DNA from: Diplonema japonicum
Taxonomy: Eukaryota; Protista; Euglenozoa: Diplonemea
NCBI GenBank assembly: GCA_964019335.1
Contig: OZ025748.1
Location: forward strand, 124,001 to 188,000
Reading direction: 5' to 3'
Length of the DNA stretch: 64,000 nt
The notes under the pieces are model-generated. The model was not told where the DNA came from. It saw only the letters and a list, made by a program, of their open reading frames with translations, and made no database searches. Both the position numbers and the translations under genes were made by a program. Shown here piece by piece: positions 24,285-36,900 of this stretch. The stretch's first letter is position 1. Each line of letters begins with the position of its first letter.

Positions 24285-24875
24285 TGCAGGTTCCCTTCAA
24301 AGACATCTTTTTTTTTTGTAAAATGTCACAAATTTAATAATTTGTTGTTTTCGCTGCAGTTTGTTTCGTTTTTTTTATGACACCCAAAGGGGGGGGGGGG
24401 AGAATATATTCTTGTTGTTTCCCCCCCCCCTCCCTTTTTTTCTGTTACAAAAATTTTTATCTTTTTCGAAAAGAAATTTTTTTATAACTATATTTGTGCC
24501 TTTCGCAGTTTCTTTTGCATAATGTGGCATTCTCTTTTTTCCGAAAGTAGATAACTAGCGGAACCACCCCCCCCCCCCCCCCCCCCCCCTGCAACAACTA
24601 GATAAAAAAATATACTAAATCCTACATCACCTCAGAGTGCGTTAATCTGTTTCCACAGATAGGGGGGGGGGGGGGGGGGGGGTGCTCTTCTGCCACTTTT
24701 TTTTTTAAACGTTTTTTTTTTTATTTCCTTCTTTACCTTTCCCATTTAAATGTCTTTTTTTTTCTTCTTTTAATTATCACTTATTTACAACATCCACCCC
24801 CCCCCCTTTTTTTATTTCCCCCTCAAACTTCAAGGAAGATTCTAAGAAAAGGGAGGGGGGGGGGGGGGGGGAAAG

Positions 24876-27191
24876 ATGGTGTCGAACAGAGAGCGTCCAA
24901 AAAAGAAGAAGAGAAAGCTCCACAAGAGGCAAGAATATGAGATTTCCGAAGTAAGGCGGCAACTGAGACAGCTTGTGACAAAACTGAGGACACTGCTGGT
25001 GGGGAAGTCGCGTCGGGGCGACGTGGGGAAACTGTGTCAAGACATTTCGAGGCTGATCGATATTTCGGAGGACAACTTAAACACTGCTATAAAATGCAAG
25101 GCGGTTCTAACCCTAGTGAAGGCGGGGAAAAAAAGCCCCATTGAGGCCGCGCACTCCCTACAATCTGTTACATATTATAAAAAAGGACGCGAGGCCGCTA
25201 TAGAAAGAGAAGATTTCCTGGACATGCTATCAGGATGGGTGAAGACCCCGGAACCTCTCATGCTCCGCCCTGTCTACCGGCTTCTCAGCAACGTGGTCCT
25301 TGAAAAAAACCAGGCTGAAAAGCTGATGTTAAAAGTTGACATTATTCCGTGGGCGGCGAGACTTCTATCTGACCCCGAGGCACCGCACGCTGTAATTTGT
25401 TTCGTTTTGAACAGTATTTGCACGTTTTTTCCTGAGAAAATCCCCACATTCTCCGAGCTTCTCATCCAAGCCCCTTCATCACTGACAAATCTTATTGCAG
25501 CGGGAGTTTACGACGACGATGCCTTTCGTCAAGACACGGAAGGCGCGCAAGATCTTTTTGATCTGCTCCTTCTCAACAACCACATCTACCCCCACACTGT
25601 TTTCCGCGATCCATCGGGAGAAGGTGTCGGAGCTGTCCTGGCTCTTGTGGAAGAACACGTCCAAGCAGCAAAAGTGTGTTTATCGGCTTGGGGTACAGAA
25701 GACGAAGGAGTAAAACCGCTTCTATCGCTTCCTTTGAAAACGTCAACCATGAACATGGTGATGCTCGCACCGCATTCAAAACGGATCGCGAAAATATTGA
25801 AAGATCGAAATGGTGCGGTGGAGCATCTTGTGAAACACAACCCGGAGGTTGCGTCGGAGCTGATCGAGGTTCTGTGGCCGTCGGAGAAAAAACAAAAACA
25901 AGTAGAGAATATACCATTGAAAGACAGTTTCATGGAGGCTATCGACAAATTTATTGACCAAACGAGCGAATCTAGTTCTGAGTTCTTCGATATCGGCGAT
26001 GTCCAACACCGCACAGAAGCCGCGTACGCCCTGTCCTCTTCACGACCAGGAACCATAATCTTCGAAAAAAAATCCGATTTTTTCGGAACATGCACGGTAA
26101 CCCGGTATCCCCAATGGTGCACGGTCAGATACAACGAGACAGAACAAGGAATTTGCTACACGGGATATCCTGGGGTTCCGGGGTATAACAACGGTGCTCC
26201 CATCGCAACGGTGTTGGGATACGACTATATAAAATCAATGGCGGCGGTGATGTTAAAACACAGCACGGTTTATAAAGATTTACCGGTGGTGTGTGTTGGG
26301 TTGGGAAGCGGTGCGTTGCCCAACTTCGCCGCGAAGTTGTTCGACAAGGCCAGCGTTGTTGTCTATGAAATCGACCCTGTATCGTTAGAAGCCTGCGAGG
26401 CAATGCGGTTCGCCGCTGCAGATAATTTAAACATTGTGGTGAGCGATGCCGGGAAGGGGCTTGCAAAGCTGCCTAGTGCAGTCTGTTCTGTCATCCTGCT
26501 CGATGCGTACAATGAATCAGGAGGGATTCCAAAACATCTCCGGGAGAAAAAATTTCTCTCGCTTGTCGGTTCTAAACTGGCTCACGGTGGGACGGTGATT
26601 TGTAATCTCCACAACGGGCCACCCGATTCTGTTGCACGACACCAAGCCTGCGAGTATATAAAAAAACTGTCCTCGGCTGTCGGTCCCGTCAAAATCATAA
26701 AGCTCACCACTCAGCAGTCAAATCTCGTCGTCGCCGCTGTAAAACCGCAAAAAAAACAACAAATCGTCAATGAAACCTGCACCCCAAACACATCCCTCTT
26801 GGAATTTGAACCAGACCATTGTCTTGGCGATACTTTTACTTATGGCGATGGGCCCACCGATCCTGATGGATTGCCAACTGGGTTGTGGGGAGTCGATTCA
26901 AAAGATTCAAAAGAAACTGAAGAAGAATGCGAGGAGGATGAGGAGAACGAGGAGAAAAAACAAGAAGAAGAATGCGAGCCGGAAAGTTCAGCGGAGTCAT
27001 CCACCCCACGCCAACGGGTTATTGAACTAATTGAAATATCTTCCGGAGAAGGGGAACGGGAAGAACCGATTAAAAAAAAAAAAAGCGTCAAGAGGAAGAG
27101 GAAAAGGGAGCCCGGTGAGGTTCCAAAAAAGCAACGAAAAAAAAAGAAAAAATTAGTTAAGGTCAAGGAAGAGAGGGAAAAGATGAGTTAG
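24876..27191 (+). CDS. ARM-repeat + spermidine-synthase-like SAM-dependent methyltransferase with acidic/basic (NLS-like) tail
   Basis: VGLGSGALP, YEIDP, VSDA, ILLDAY, GGTVICN motifs; helical N-terminal half. Confidence 0.78.
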   Translation: MVSNRERPKKKKRKLHKRQEYEISEVRRQLRQLVTKLRTLLVGKSRRGDVGKLCQDISRLIDISEDNLNTAIKCKAVLTLVKAGKKSPIEAAHSLQSVTYYKKGREAAIEREDFLDMLSGWVKTPEPLMLRPVYRLLSNVVLEKNQAEKLMLKVDIIPWAARLLSDPEAPHAVICFVLNSICTFFPEKIPTFSELLIQAPSSLTNLIAAGVYDDDAFRQDTEGAQDLFDLLLLNNHIYPHTVFRDPSGEGVGAVLALVEEHVQAAKVCLSAWGTEDEGVKPLLSLPLKTSTMNMVMLAPHSKRIAKILKDRNGAVEHLVKHNPEVASELIEVLWPSEKKQKQVENIPLKDSFMEAIDKFIDQTSESSSEFFDIGDVQHRTEAAYALSSSRPGTIIFEKKSDFFGTCTVTRYPQWCTVRYNETEQGICYTGYPGVPGYNNGAPIATVLGYDYIKSMAAVMLKHSTVYKDLPVVCVGLGSGALPNFAAKLFDKASVVVYEIDPVSLEACEAMRFAAADNLNIVVSDAGKGLAKLPSAVCSVILLDAYNESGGIPKHLREKKFLSLVGSKLAHGGTVICNLHNGPPDSVARHQACEYIKKLSSAVGPVKIIKLTTQQSNLVVAAVKPQKKQQIVNETCTPNTSLLEFEPDHCLGDTFTYGDGPTDPDGLPTGLWGVDSKDSKETEEECEEDEENEEKKQEEECEPESSAESSTPRQRVIELIEISSGEGEREEPIKKKKSVKRKRKREPGEVPKKQRKKKKKLVKVKEEREKMS

Positions 27192-27506
27192 AACAAAAGG
27201 GAAAAAAAATGGAGGGGGGTTGCAATAAGAAAAAAAAAAGATTTGTTATCCCATTGTAGAAAAAAGAAAAAATGAAAAAAAAAAAGAACATAGCTACCGC
27301 CTACCATCCCCCCCGTATGTCGTTAAATCACTCCTTTTTTTTTCCTTCTTCCACGGGTTTTTCCCCTTTCAAATACTCAATATGGCACTCCGGTAAAAAG
27401 AGAAGGAAAGAAGGGGGGGGGGGGGGGGGGGGGAACAGGGAGAGAACAAAGAAAATATTGAAAGCGTTTTGGGAAAGAAAACCGTCAGAAGAAGAAGAGT
27501 GTTTTT

Positions 27507-27542
<36 letters not shown>

Positions 27543-27647
27543 TTATTGTTGTTGTTGTTGTTTTTGTTTTTTAACCCCTTTTTTTCTCCGATTTTTTGTC
27601 GGCTCAAAGCCGTGCTTGTACGCACGGAAAGGAAAAAGAAAAAGAGA

Positions 27648-27678
<31 letters not shown>

Positions 27679-27970
27679 GAAGAAGAAAAAATGAAAACAT
27701 TGGGGGGGTTTTTTTTTTAAATTATTTTTTTATTTTTTCCGCCTTTTTATTTTTATATTTCCTTCATTTCACAGTGTACTGCCCACGTCACTTCTTTTTT
27801 CTTTCTTTCTTTCTTTCTTTCTTTCTTTTTTTTTTTTTTTCACCCCGGGAGGACTGCTTCTTTTTCTGCCCCCTGCTCTTCTGACAACCCTTTTTTTTTT
27901 TCCCCCACGCTTCTCATCTAAAAAAAAAAAACCTGTTCACACAAAGGGAAAAAAAAAAAAAAAAAAAAAA

Positions 27971-28641
27971 ATGATGAAGAAGGCTGTAATGGGAAGCGTG
28001 GTGGCGATGGCTGCAACGTCCGCGTGCTTGAGGTGGTCGACAAGAACCACTATAAGCAAGCAAAACATAACATTATATAGGGGAAAGGAAGGGGTGGATA
28101 CAGAATGGAAGGGGGGACCCTTGATCATTTTCGCAGGCTCTTTCAACCCTCTACACGAAGGCCACCTGAAGCTAGCACACGCAGCACAAAGAAAACTAGG
28201 CGGGGGAAAGAGAGTCGTTTATGAAATCACAGTCCGCAACGCTGACAAAGGCCAAATCACCGAAGAGGAAATCCAAAAACGAGTCACACAATTCACCACC
28301 AGTAACCTATGGGTCGCAGTGACACCTTTCTCTCTATACATCGAAAAGGCACATTGCTTCCCAGGGTCTGTGTTCATTGTGGGTTATGACACCGTAGTTC
28401 GAATTCTGGACGATAAGTACTACCCACAAGGAGCGGCTTCCGTCCTCCGGGAGCTGCAGTCCCTCGGGGTGAGCTTCTTGGTGGCGGGGAGGCACGACAA
28501 GGATGGAAAATGGCAGGAGTTAGATCCAGCTGCGCACCCTGTCGCGAAGGACTTCCCCACCATGTTCACAACACTGACAAAGGATGAATTTTGCGTGAAG
28601 CTCAGCTCCACTGAACTCCGGCAAAACGGTGCGCGGTTATG

Positions 28642-28642
<1 letters not shown>
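27971..28642 (+). CDS. Cytidyltransferase-family (HIGH/NMNAT-like) nucleotidyltransferase
   Basis: FAGSFNPLHEGH, VGYDTVVRI, LSSTELR. Confidence 0.85.
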
Positions 28643-28672
<30 letters not shown>

Positions 28673-28701
28673 GTTCAAGGGTATTAGGAAGAAAAAAAAA
28701 A

Positions 28702-28731
<30 letters not shown>

Positions 28732-28732
<1 letters not shown>

Positions 28733-29133
28733 TGTCAAGCGTCTGTTCCGATGAGCTTCCCCCCGTCCTCCTCGCGGATTTCGACGACTGCAGTGAACTG
28801 GGAGAGGGCGAGCCTGTAGAGGATTTCGTCCCCCAAGCACACGATCTCCAAATGGCGGTCGGCGACATGAATGCAGCAGCGGGGTTGCCCCTCGGGGGTA
28901 TGGGGCTGTATCAATACCCCGGGTTGCCTCTTATGGGTATGGGTGGTATGGGTGTGCCTAAGGTGCAGCTAGTGCCTGTTCCCATCCCAATGATGTCGGC
29001 GCCCTTCATGGGTACACCGCTACCTTGCACTGATGAGGGGAGCTCTGCCTCGGGGGCATCTACCCCTCCTCATGGAACTAACGGGCTAAATGTAAGGGCA
29101 AAGGAATTTATCCCTCAGTTGGTATGCGGGTGA
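28732..29133 (+). CDS. Small low-complexity protein with C-terminal PAM2 (PABP-interacting) motif
   Basis: ATG follows an A-run; ends GLNVRAKEFIPQ, matching LNxxAxEFxP. Confidence 0.72.
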
Positions 29134-30589
29134 AATCTTGGGGAAAAAAAAAAAAAAAAAAAAAAGCTCCACCGGTACCCCTCACCTGCAAGCGTTGTTT
29201 TCCCGTCCGAGCCTGTGGAAGGAATCCCTATTTCACAAGCGAGTTTCCCTAACCGGGCGTGAGTTTTTTTTTTTTTTTTTTAAATTGCTTGTTAAACAAT
29301 GTTCAGAGAATAAAATATCAGTTTTTAAACAGTTTTTAAAAAAAAAGATCATTTTTTTTTTTTTTTTTCGCTCCCATTTTTTTTTTTTTTTTCCCTCTCT
29401 GTTCTTGAGTCTTAAACTTACTAACGTTTTTTTTTTTTTTTTTTTAAGGGTGGCCTTCCCCACTCCCTTCACCCCCCCCCTTTATTTCTTCATTTTTGGG
29501 TCGTTGCTAACAACTCCCCCTTCCCGTCCCGTATAGCGATTTTTTTGTTTACGAGAGGGGGGGGGCAAAATAATTTTACTAAGCTAACGTTTTCTTCGCT
29601 CACCCAATGGATGTGTTCCTTTGAGTGGGATTTAAAAAAAAAAAACCTTTATTTCTATTTTTTTTTTTTTTCCTCCCCATTTCCCCAAAATGGGAGTTTT
29701 TTGTCAGTTGTGTTTAAGGGGGAAACAAAAAAAAAAGGGGGAAATAGAAAAAGGAAAAAAAAAAAAGGGATCTTTGATTGTCGCAAAAAAAAAAAAAAAA
29801 ACTTTTTTTTTTTATATGCAGGACGATATTTTCTCTTTATTATTATTATTTTTCCCCCCTTTTCTCCCGTACTATCTTTCATACATTTCTTTTTGTCACA
29901 GAGGGAAAAAAAAAATAAAAAGAAGGCATCGGTGAAGAAAAAGGGATAATAAATACGAAGAAAAAAGGGAGGGGGGAATACGAAAAAGAAAAGAAAAAAA
30001 AAAAACAATTACTTTGTTGTGTTAGTTTCGACAATGATATTAATCTCGGCGGAAAAAAAAGTGCGCGCACTATGCGTAGCACGCTTGCCTTAAAAAAAAA
30101 AAAAAAGCTGGCGGGGATGGGGGAGAAGGGAAGTACTGCAAAAAAGAGATTTTCCTATTTACCGATTTTTTTAAAAATAAACATTTACCATACAATTTTT
30201 ACACAAAAAAAGTTTTTTTTTTTCAAACAAAAATAAATTCCACACATTAGAAAAAAAAAAAAAAAAAAAAAAACTTCTCTCTTTTGCAGTACAATTAATA
30301 TCCTTTCCTCCTTCGTTGCCTCTGATATCTTTTTTTTTTTCTCTTCTTTCTATTTCCCCCCCCCCACTTTTTTTTTCATTCATCATCTTTCTATTTTTTC
30401 TTTTGCCTGTGTTCTCCCTCTCTGGTGTAGGTTATAAAGTTTCCCCCCCCCCTTTTTTTTGTTCTTCCACAAAAAAAAGAAAAAAAAAAAGAAAAAAAAA
30501 AAGAGAAGAAGAAAAAAAGAGGACGACGGTGGGCAGGGACTAGGGTCCCCGAGAACTTCCCCGCGTTCTTTTTTTATTTTTATTTTTAT

Positions 30590-32367
30590 CCCCTAAACGC
30601 CCGGAGCCTATCTACGGTACCCCCCCATTTTCGTTGTTGCTTTGAATACTCAAAAAAAGGGCGGCATGCAACCATCGGAAGGTGCAAGGAAAGGGTAAAC
30701 GGTACTAAAATTTTCAATTCCAGGTGCCAGATTCAGATGAGAACTCTTAACTATGTGTGTAAGAGGGGGGTTGAGGGGGTACTTTTTATGTCCGATTTTG
30801 GGGGGTCTTGTCGTGGGGGGTCCGTGGAGTTATGGCTGGGGTAAATAGGGCAGCATTCAGCCCTATTTGGTGCCCTGAACTCTAGGATTGAGGTCAGTCT
30901 GGAGACTTTTTGGGGCTGTGGGATGAAAAAAGCAACTTGTGAGTTTTTTTTCCAGCTGGGGTAGCATGCAAGGGTAAAAAACACGTTTTGCATAAGGGGG
31001 TTTTGCAACAGGGGCACCACGTTTGCACCTTCTTCCCGCACCCAGGAACAGCACAGAGCACCCTCCTCACCTTCGTTCCGTTCATCATGGTCTCGGAGGT
31101 GTGATTTAGGGTCAAATCGAGACGTTTTGGGTATTTCTGAGTGAGGGAATCCTCATTGCTAGCGTGTTTGCGCTTGGGGGTCGGTGACGGTGTTGTCGGG
31201 GGTGTGTGCTATCGGCTTTTGGGGCATGGGTGAGAAGCTTGCCAACAAGTTCTTCTTTGAAGCTCGGGAAGCCATAATTTTTGCCACATTCCTTGCTCTT
31301 CTTCCAGATTATGGAGGAGTTGGCAACACAGCTTTCCAGGACCCAATAAAAAACGACCATGGTCCACTTCCGGGTTTTCATATGCCGAACTCCAGTCCCC
31401 TGGAGCTGGTCTTGCCGGTCAGGGGTCGACAGCAAACCCTTAGGAGTCGACAGCACGCATGACTAGGTCCTGTGTTGTGGACTTCTTGCTGAAAATGTTG
31501 AAATTCGCCAGGTAACAGTTTTATGAGTCGCATGTAGCGACTACCTTGATGCCCACCGAGTTGTTTTTTCGTGGTTCCATGACTTTTATTGTTGTCGGGA
31601 TAACACTGTCGTCAACAGACAACCACTTGCCAGGGGTCCGCACAGTCCTACACCGGTTGGCAATGATGTCAAGAAACCTGCGCATGAGGTGCAGTTTCAG
31701 GCCTTACTGATGTTTCCAGGTTGTCAAAGGTCGGCGCTGTATGTCAACGAATCGGTTTCCTCATTTTCTCAAAAGCCGGGATGGTTAAATTAGAATTTGT
31801 TGTCCAGTAGCTCTTCATATTCGGTGCCGAGCGTAAACCCATTAACAGGACCAACCCAAGCCAAATTTTGTACTCTGGGATGGAAGGATTCAGATTCCGC
31901 TGTTTTTTTGAACCGAAACGACCGTTCGTGGAAGAAACTATGAGCTCAAGGACTGCGTGTGTAAAAAAAAAGATTAAAAACACCCTCCTCATTGGTCGCT
32001 TCACCTAGAGGTGTCCTAAGCCCACCTTTTCACGGAAATGATATGTTTCGGGCCTTTGGGAGTATTTCTCCCACCCAAGCATCGTTTCCGGCCCCTCTTT
32101 GACCGCCTCATCGTCTTTTTCTTCTTTATCTGACCAGTCGGGGGAGACTCACGTTTTCGCTGCTATTTTGACCATCTGATTTCATTTTAAGCCAACCCTG
32201 CCGGTTTCAATTAAAACAAAACTTTTAACGCAAAATGTAGTTCCGAGACAAAATAAACCGCGCAACAATGCCATATTTTGAAGTCCAGGGGCCGTGTTCA
32301 AAAAAAAGTACTTAGCGAAAAAGCAAATTTTGAAATAAGGACAAAAACGTCCGCGGGCGTTTAGGGG
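30590..32367 (-). mobile_element. Degenerate piggyBac-like transposon, 14-bp TIRs, TTAT target duplication
   Basis: CCCCTAAACGCCCG (30590-30603) / CGGGCGTTTAGGGG (32354-32367) with TTAT on both sides; minus-strand fragments WLGLVLLMG..KSYW, WLSVDDSVIP, KWTMVVFYWVLESCVANS and a Cys-rich C-terminus CAVPGC..CPCC..LCKTCF..H. Confidence 0.9.
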
Positions 32368-32387
32368 TTATTTTATTTTATTTTTTT

Positions 32388-32429
<42 letters not shown>

Positions 32430-33847
32430 GAAAAAGGCCACGAACTCTATTTGTTTTTCTTGTTTTTCCTCTTTTCTTTCCTTTTCCATATATACTTCCT
32501 TCAGATGCCAGCCAGGGGAGACATGTTGAGTTGTCCCACAACTATACACCGATATTTTCTTTTTTTTTTGAAAAACATTTTCTTTTCTTCCGCGGGGTTA
32601 GTTGCTTACTTCGTTCCCCCCAATCATAGAGGGGGAAAAAAAAAAGAAAAAAGAAAAAGAAAAAGAACAAATCCTCCCTCCCTTTCCACATCAGGACACC
32701 GGCCAGGGGCTCAAAGTCTGTCGTTATATGCGTGGTTTAAAAAAAAAGGGGGGGGGGAGAGGACATGGGGGTAAAAAAAACAAAAAAAGAGGGGTTTCCT
32801 TACTCTGTCTGAAGCCCTTTAGGAAAATACAGTTTGCACTCCTCCTAGAAACTCAAGGGAGAGAAGAGGGGAAAAAAAAAGAAGGAAAAAAAAAAGAAGA
32901 ATGAATGACAAGAGAAAAAAGAAATAAAAGATAAAAAAAAAAAAAAAATGTGGCATCCTAACAGGTGAGACAAAGAAAAAAAAAAAGAAAGAAGAAAGCA
33001 CAGAAGGCTTTTTTTTTTTTTTTTTTTTTTTCCCGTGTCACACCCCACTCCGCCTTTCCTTTTTTATTTTATTTAAAAAAAAAAGATTTTTTTTTTATTA
33101 TTATTATTGTTAAAGAATTGCGGATGACTAATCCCCTCTTTATTTTTTTTTAAACTCCCTGTTTATATTTGTTTATGGCTGAGACCTTTTTTCTGTTTCC
33201 TCCATCCTCTCCTTCTCTTCTTTGAGGTTGTCCCAGAGGTATAACTTATTGTTCAGTTGAGAGGCACGTGGTGTGAAAAACATAGCCAATGGGAACAGCT
33301 CGAGGAGGAAAGGAAGAGGGAAAAAAAAAAAAAATAAGGGGGTATTCTTTCTTTTTTTTTTTTTTTAGATTGCCCAAGGAGAATGTATGGCACACTGGAC
33401 GATGCATATTGCGCGTATGGAGTAGTACTTTACTTTTTTTTTTTTTTTTTTTTCCCGTATGCGCTCCAGTTGATGGCATTCCACCCCCCCCCCCTTTTTT
33501 TCCGTAAAAATTCACAAGCAAAAAGAAAGAATTTAAAAAAATAAAATAAAAGATTTACCCACCTCGCGAGTACTAAAACACTTTTTTTTTTTTGAATAGA
33601 GAGGGAATTGAGGAACTATTTTGTGTAGGGAAAAAAAAAAAGAAAAGCCCCCCTTTGTCTGACCCGTGGCTAGTTGACAAAAAAAAATAAAAACAACGAG
33701 GTGAGAAAACATCACCCAAAGAAAAAAAAAATAGTTTTTTTTGCAACTAAGCATCCGGCAAAGGAGGGCAAAAATCACAGGGTTCACTCTACCCCCCCCT
33801 TTTTTTATTCCCCGTTTGTTTTTTTGTTTTTTTCCCCTCCCCTCTCT

Positions 33848-33882
<35 letters not shown>

Positions 33883-33970
33883 CCCCTCCACTCCCTTTTT
33901 TTTTCCCTTTTTTTTTTCCCCCCCCATATTACAGTTATTACAAAAAAAAAAAAAAATAGGGTAAAAAAAA

Positions 33971-36900
33971 ATGGAAAACGTGAGCATAGAGGTTGGGTGC
34001 AAAGTAGCAGCTGAAACAAAGGACGGAACTAAGTACGGAATAGCTAGGTTTGTGGGATCCACGTATTTCGCCCCCGGGAAATGGGTAGGGGTGGAATTAG
34101 ATTCCCCTGATGGGAAGAATGACGGTACCGTACAAGAACGCAGATATTTCAGTTGCGAAAAGAACCACGGTATCTTTGTAAAAATTGAGTCGTGCACTGC
34201 CGTGACTAAGGCACCACCTCCGCAAACCCCGAGGGACAAACGGGCAGAGGAGGAAGGACGGCCAAAAGACCAAACCCCCCCTGCAGTCGAAGAACAGCCA
34301 AAACCACAACAACAACAACAACCGAAAAGAAAACCTGACGCTTCACCATCTCCTCCCCCCGCTGTTAAAATTAAAAGAACACCCCCTCCGTCCGCCTCAC
34401 CTCCTGCGAGATCTCCAAAACCAGCGGCAAAACTTCCTTCTTTGAAATTAGAAAAAGTCCCGGTGAAGGAAGACGCAGCCAGCAGCGGTGGGGGCAGCAT
34501 GCCAATGGTAACACCTAGAATCTCCGAGGACGTAAGGCTCCTCAACGAGCAGAAAAAAAATCTGGAGGAAAAACTGAAGGAGAAAACAGCCGCGCTCACA
34601 GAATTGCAGCAAAAAACCGCCAAAGAAAAAGAAGAAGCGAAGGCGGAACTGAAACAGAAGTACGACGCTGCGAAAAGAACAGACTCTGCAAAAATCGCGG
34701 ATCTCACCGAAAAGCTCCGCGAGGCCGAGATCAACATCGAGACCCTCGAGCTGGACCTCGAAATCAACCAAGAAGAGAAACTCCTCCTCGAGGAACAAAT
34801 GGCAAAATTCATCGACACCGCAAGAGAAACCCACGCCATAGACGAGATCCCAGATGATCCTTCAGAAAAAGACACACGAATCCAATCCCTCTCAAACTCA
34901 ATAGCTCAGCTTGATATGATAATCTTAACCTTAACACATGAAAAGGACGTTTTAAAACAAGAAGTTTCATCTTTGAAACCCTACAAGGAAAAATCCCCTG
35001 TTCTCGAGGCTAAAATCAAAGACCTCTCCCAACGCTTGGACGAAAACGAGGAATTAGAAGAAGACCTGGAAGAAGCCTACGACGTTATATCCCTCCTAAA
35101 GGAGGAGAAGGCTGACCTCACCGTGAAATATTCTGAATACAAAGAACTCGCAGAACTTTCCAGCGAGCTCGAACACGCGCAAGGCGTGGAACTAGAAAAG
35201 GTCCGTGAAGAATACGAAGAACTACTCGAGGAAAAATCCGAGTTTGAGGTCCGTCTGGGGAAGAGCAAGCAACAACAAGCCGAATCTTTCAAAGACATCG
35301 AAGGTTACAAACGGAAAATAGAATATTACGAGAAGGAAATGAGAATGTTAGACGACAACCTCACCACTGCTCAACAAGACCTTCAAATGGGGAAGGACCG
35401 CGAAAGAAAAGCCGTTGGAACCGTTCAGTTCACCACAGAACTGGAACGAAATGCGAAAAGATGGACCATCGCAGAACAAAACATGAAGCACGCAATGTCC
35501 GAACAGTACAAAGAATGGATCTGCGACTTCCTTCCAACCAATCTGGTAGAGGCAGAGACACCAATTTTAGACATAATGTCTACCTTGGAAAGATGTCTAT
35601 TCTACGCACAACACACGATCGACACGGTAACAACACTGTGCAACCTTCGCTTGCAACAGATTCCGCAGCCGGAAAACGGTTATGAACAGCTTGCTAACGG
35701 ATTGTACAACGATGCCCACTGGGAGTCTTTCGAAACTACCGGTTTAAAACACATTTTTACGTACCACATGTGGGCGTTATCGTTCGCGCTTCAAAGAGTT
35801 CAGTCTATCGCTTGTCGCGTGCCTGATGCGGCGGCGGTCTTATTGGACGGGAACATCTCAAAAAGTTTGCAAAAAATCGAGGTTCAGCAGCTGGCCATCA
35901 TCGAAGCCGTGCACAACGACAACATCACGTACGAATTCTTCGCAAGCACCGTTCCAAATATGTTCGCCAACGTCGAAAAAATCTGGACGCACGGCGAAAA
36001 AATAGCAGAGGAACACAACCTCGGCATCGCATCAGGCACGCTCCTCTTCTTCGTCAACTGCCTCTTAAGCCTCGCGTCCATCGTCGATATGCAAACAACT
36101 TGTATTGAACGGTATCTGAAGGCGCATCCTTTACACAATGATGATCCTCGTAACGAGCCTCTCTCGGAGATCACGAGCAGTATAGCTTTGATACTGAAGA
36201 ACAAAACAGACATATGCAGCCGGATGGAGAATCTCTACGAAGATCTTGAACAAACCGAGGTTCAGGTAATTCAACCTTTGGAGGGTTTTTCACGTATGAA
36301 GGCAATGGGTGTTCACCTTGCCAATTGCGTCTTGAAGCTACGAACCGTCACCTTGATGATGAAAGACCGCGCGCTTGATGTTAAGCATGGTACGGTGTCC
36401 GCGCAGGATGGGCTTTTGTCGAAACAGATTTTGTCGGGTTTGACTGGGGTGTTTGTTGATACGAGACAGATGGCTCTGAAAGAGTTCATGGAGGCGACTA
36501 GAGGGGAGGACACTCGTCTTGCGGCGTACGATGCCCGAGCGCACCTTACGCTTCCCCTCTTCGTCAGCAACAAGGACGCGCTGGAAAAATTCCATGTGAT
36601 TGATGATTCTGGTGCGCTGCCCGACCTTCTCACCGACGTTGCAAATGTTTCTTTAAAAGTCTGGGCCGATCTTCAGAAACAGTACTGGGAGGTCGATCCG
36701 CAGGCTGCAGCGTTGAGCGACACACCGAAGGAGGTCATTGCGCCAAGCCCGCATGTTCCTCGAGCTATGGAGGTGTGAGGGAGGGGGGAAAAAAAAAAAG
36801 AATCTGCACAGATCCGACAATCGCTTGCATCCGTCAGCGATTTGCTGGAGAAGATAAGCACGGGGCAAAAAATGTTTGCTGAGGTATTTTTTTTTTTTTA

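Noticed and set aside
24565-24684. CA-C23-T ... A-G21-TG inverted repeat around a 70-nt spacer
   Set aside because: C- and G-runs are common enough here for this to arise by chance; no target-site duplication
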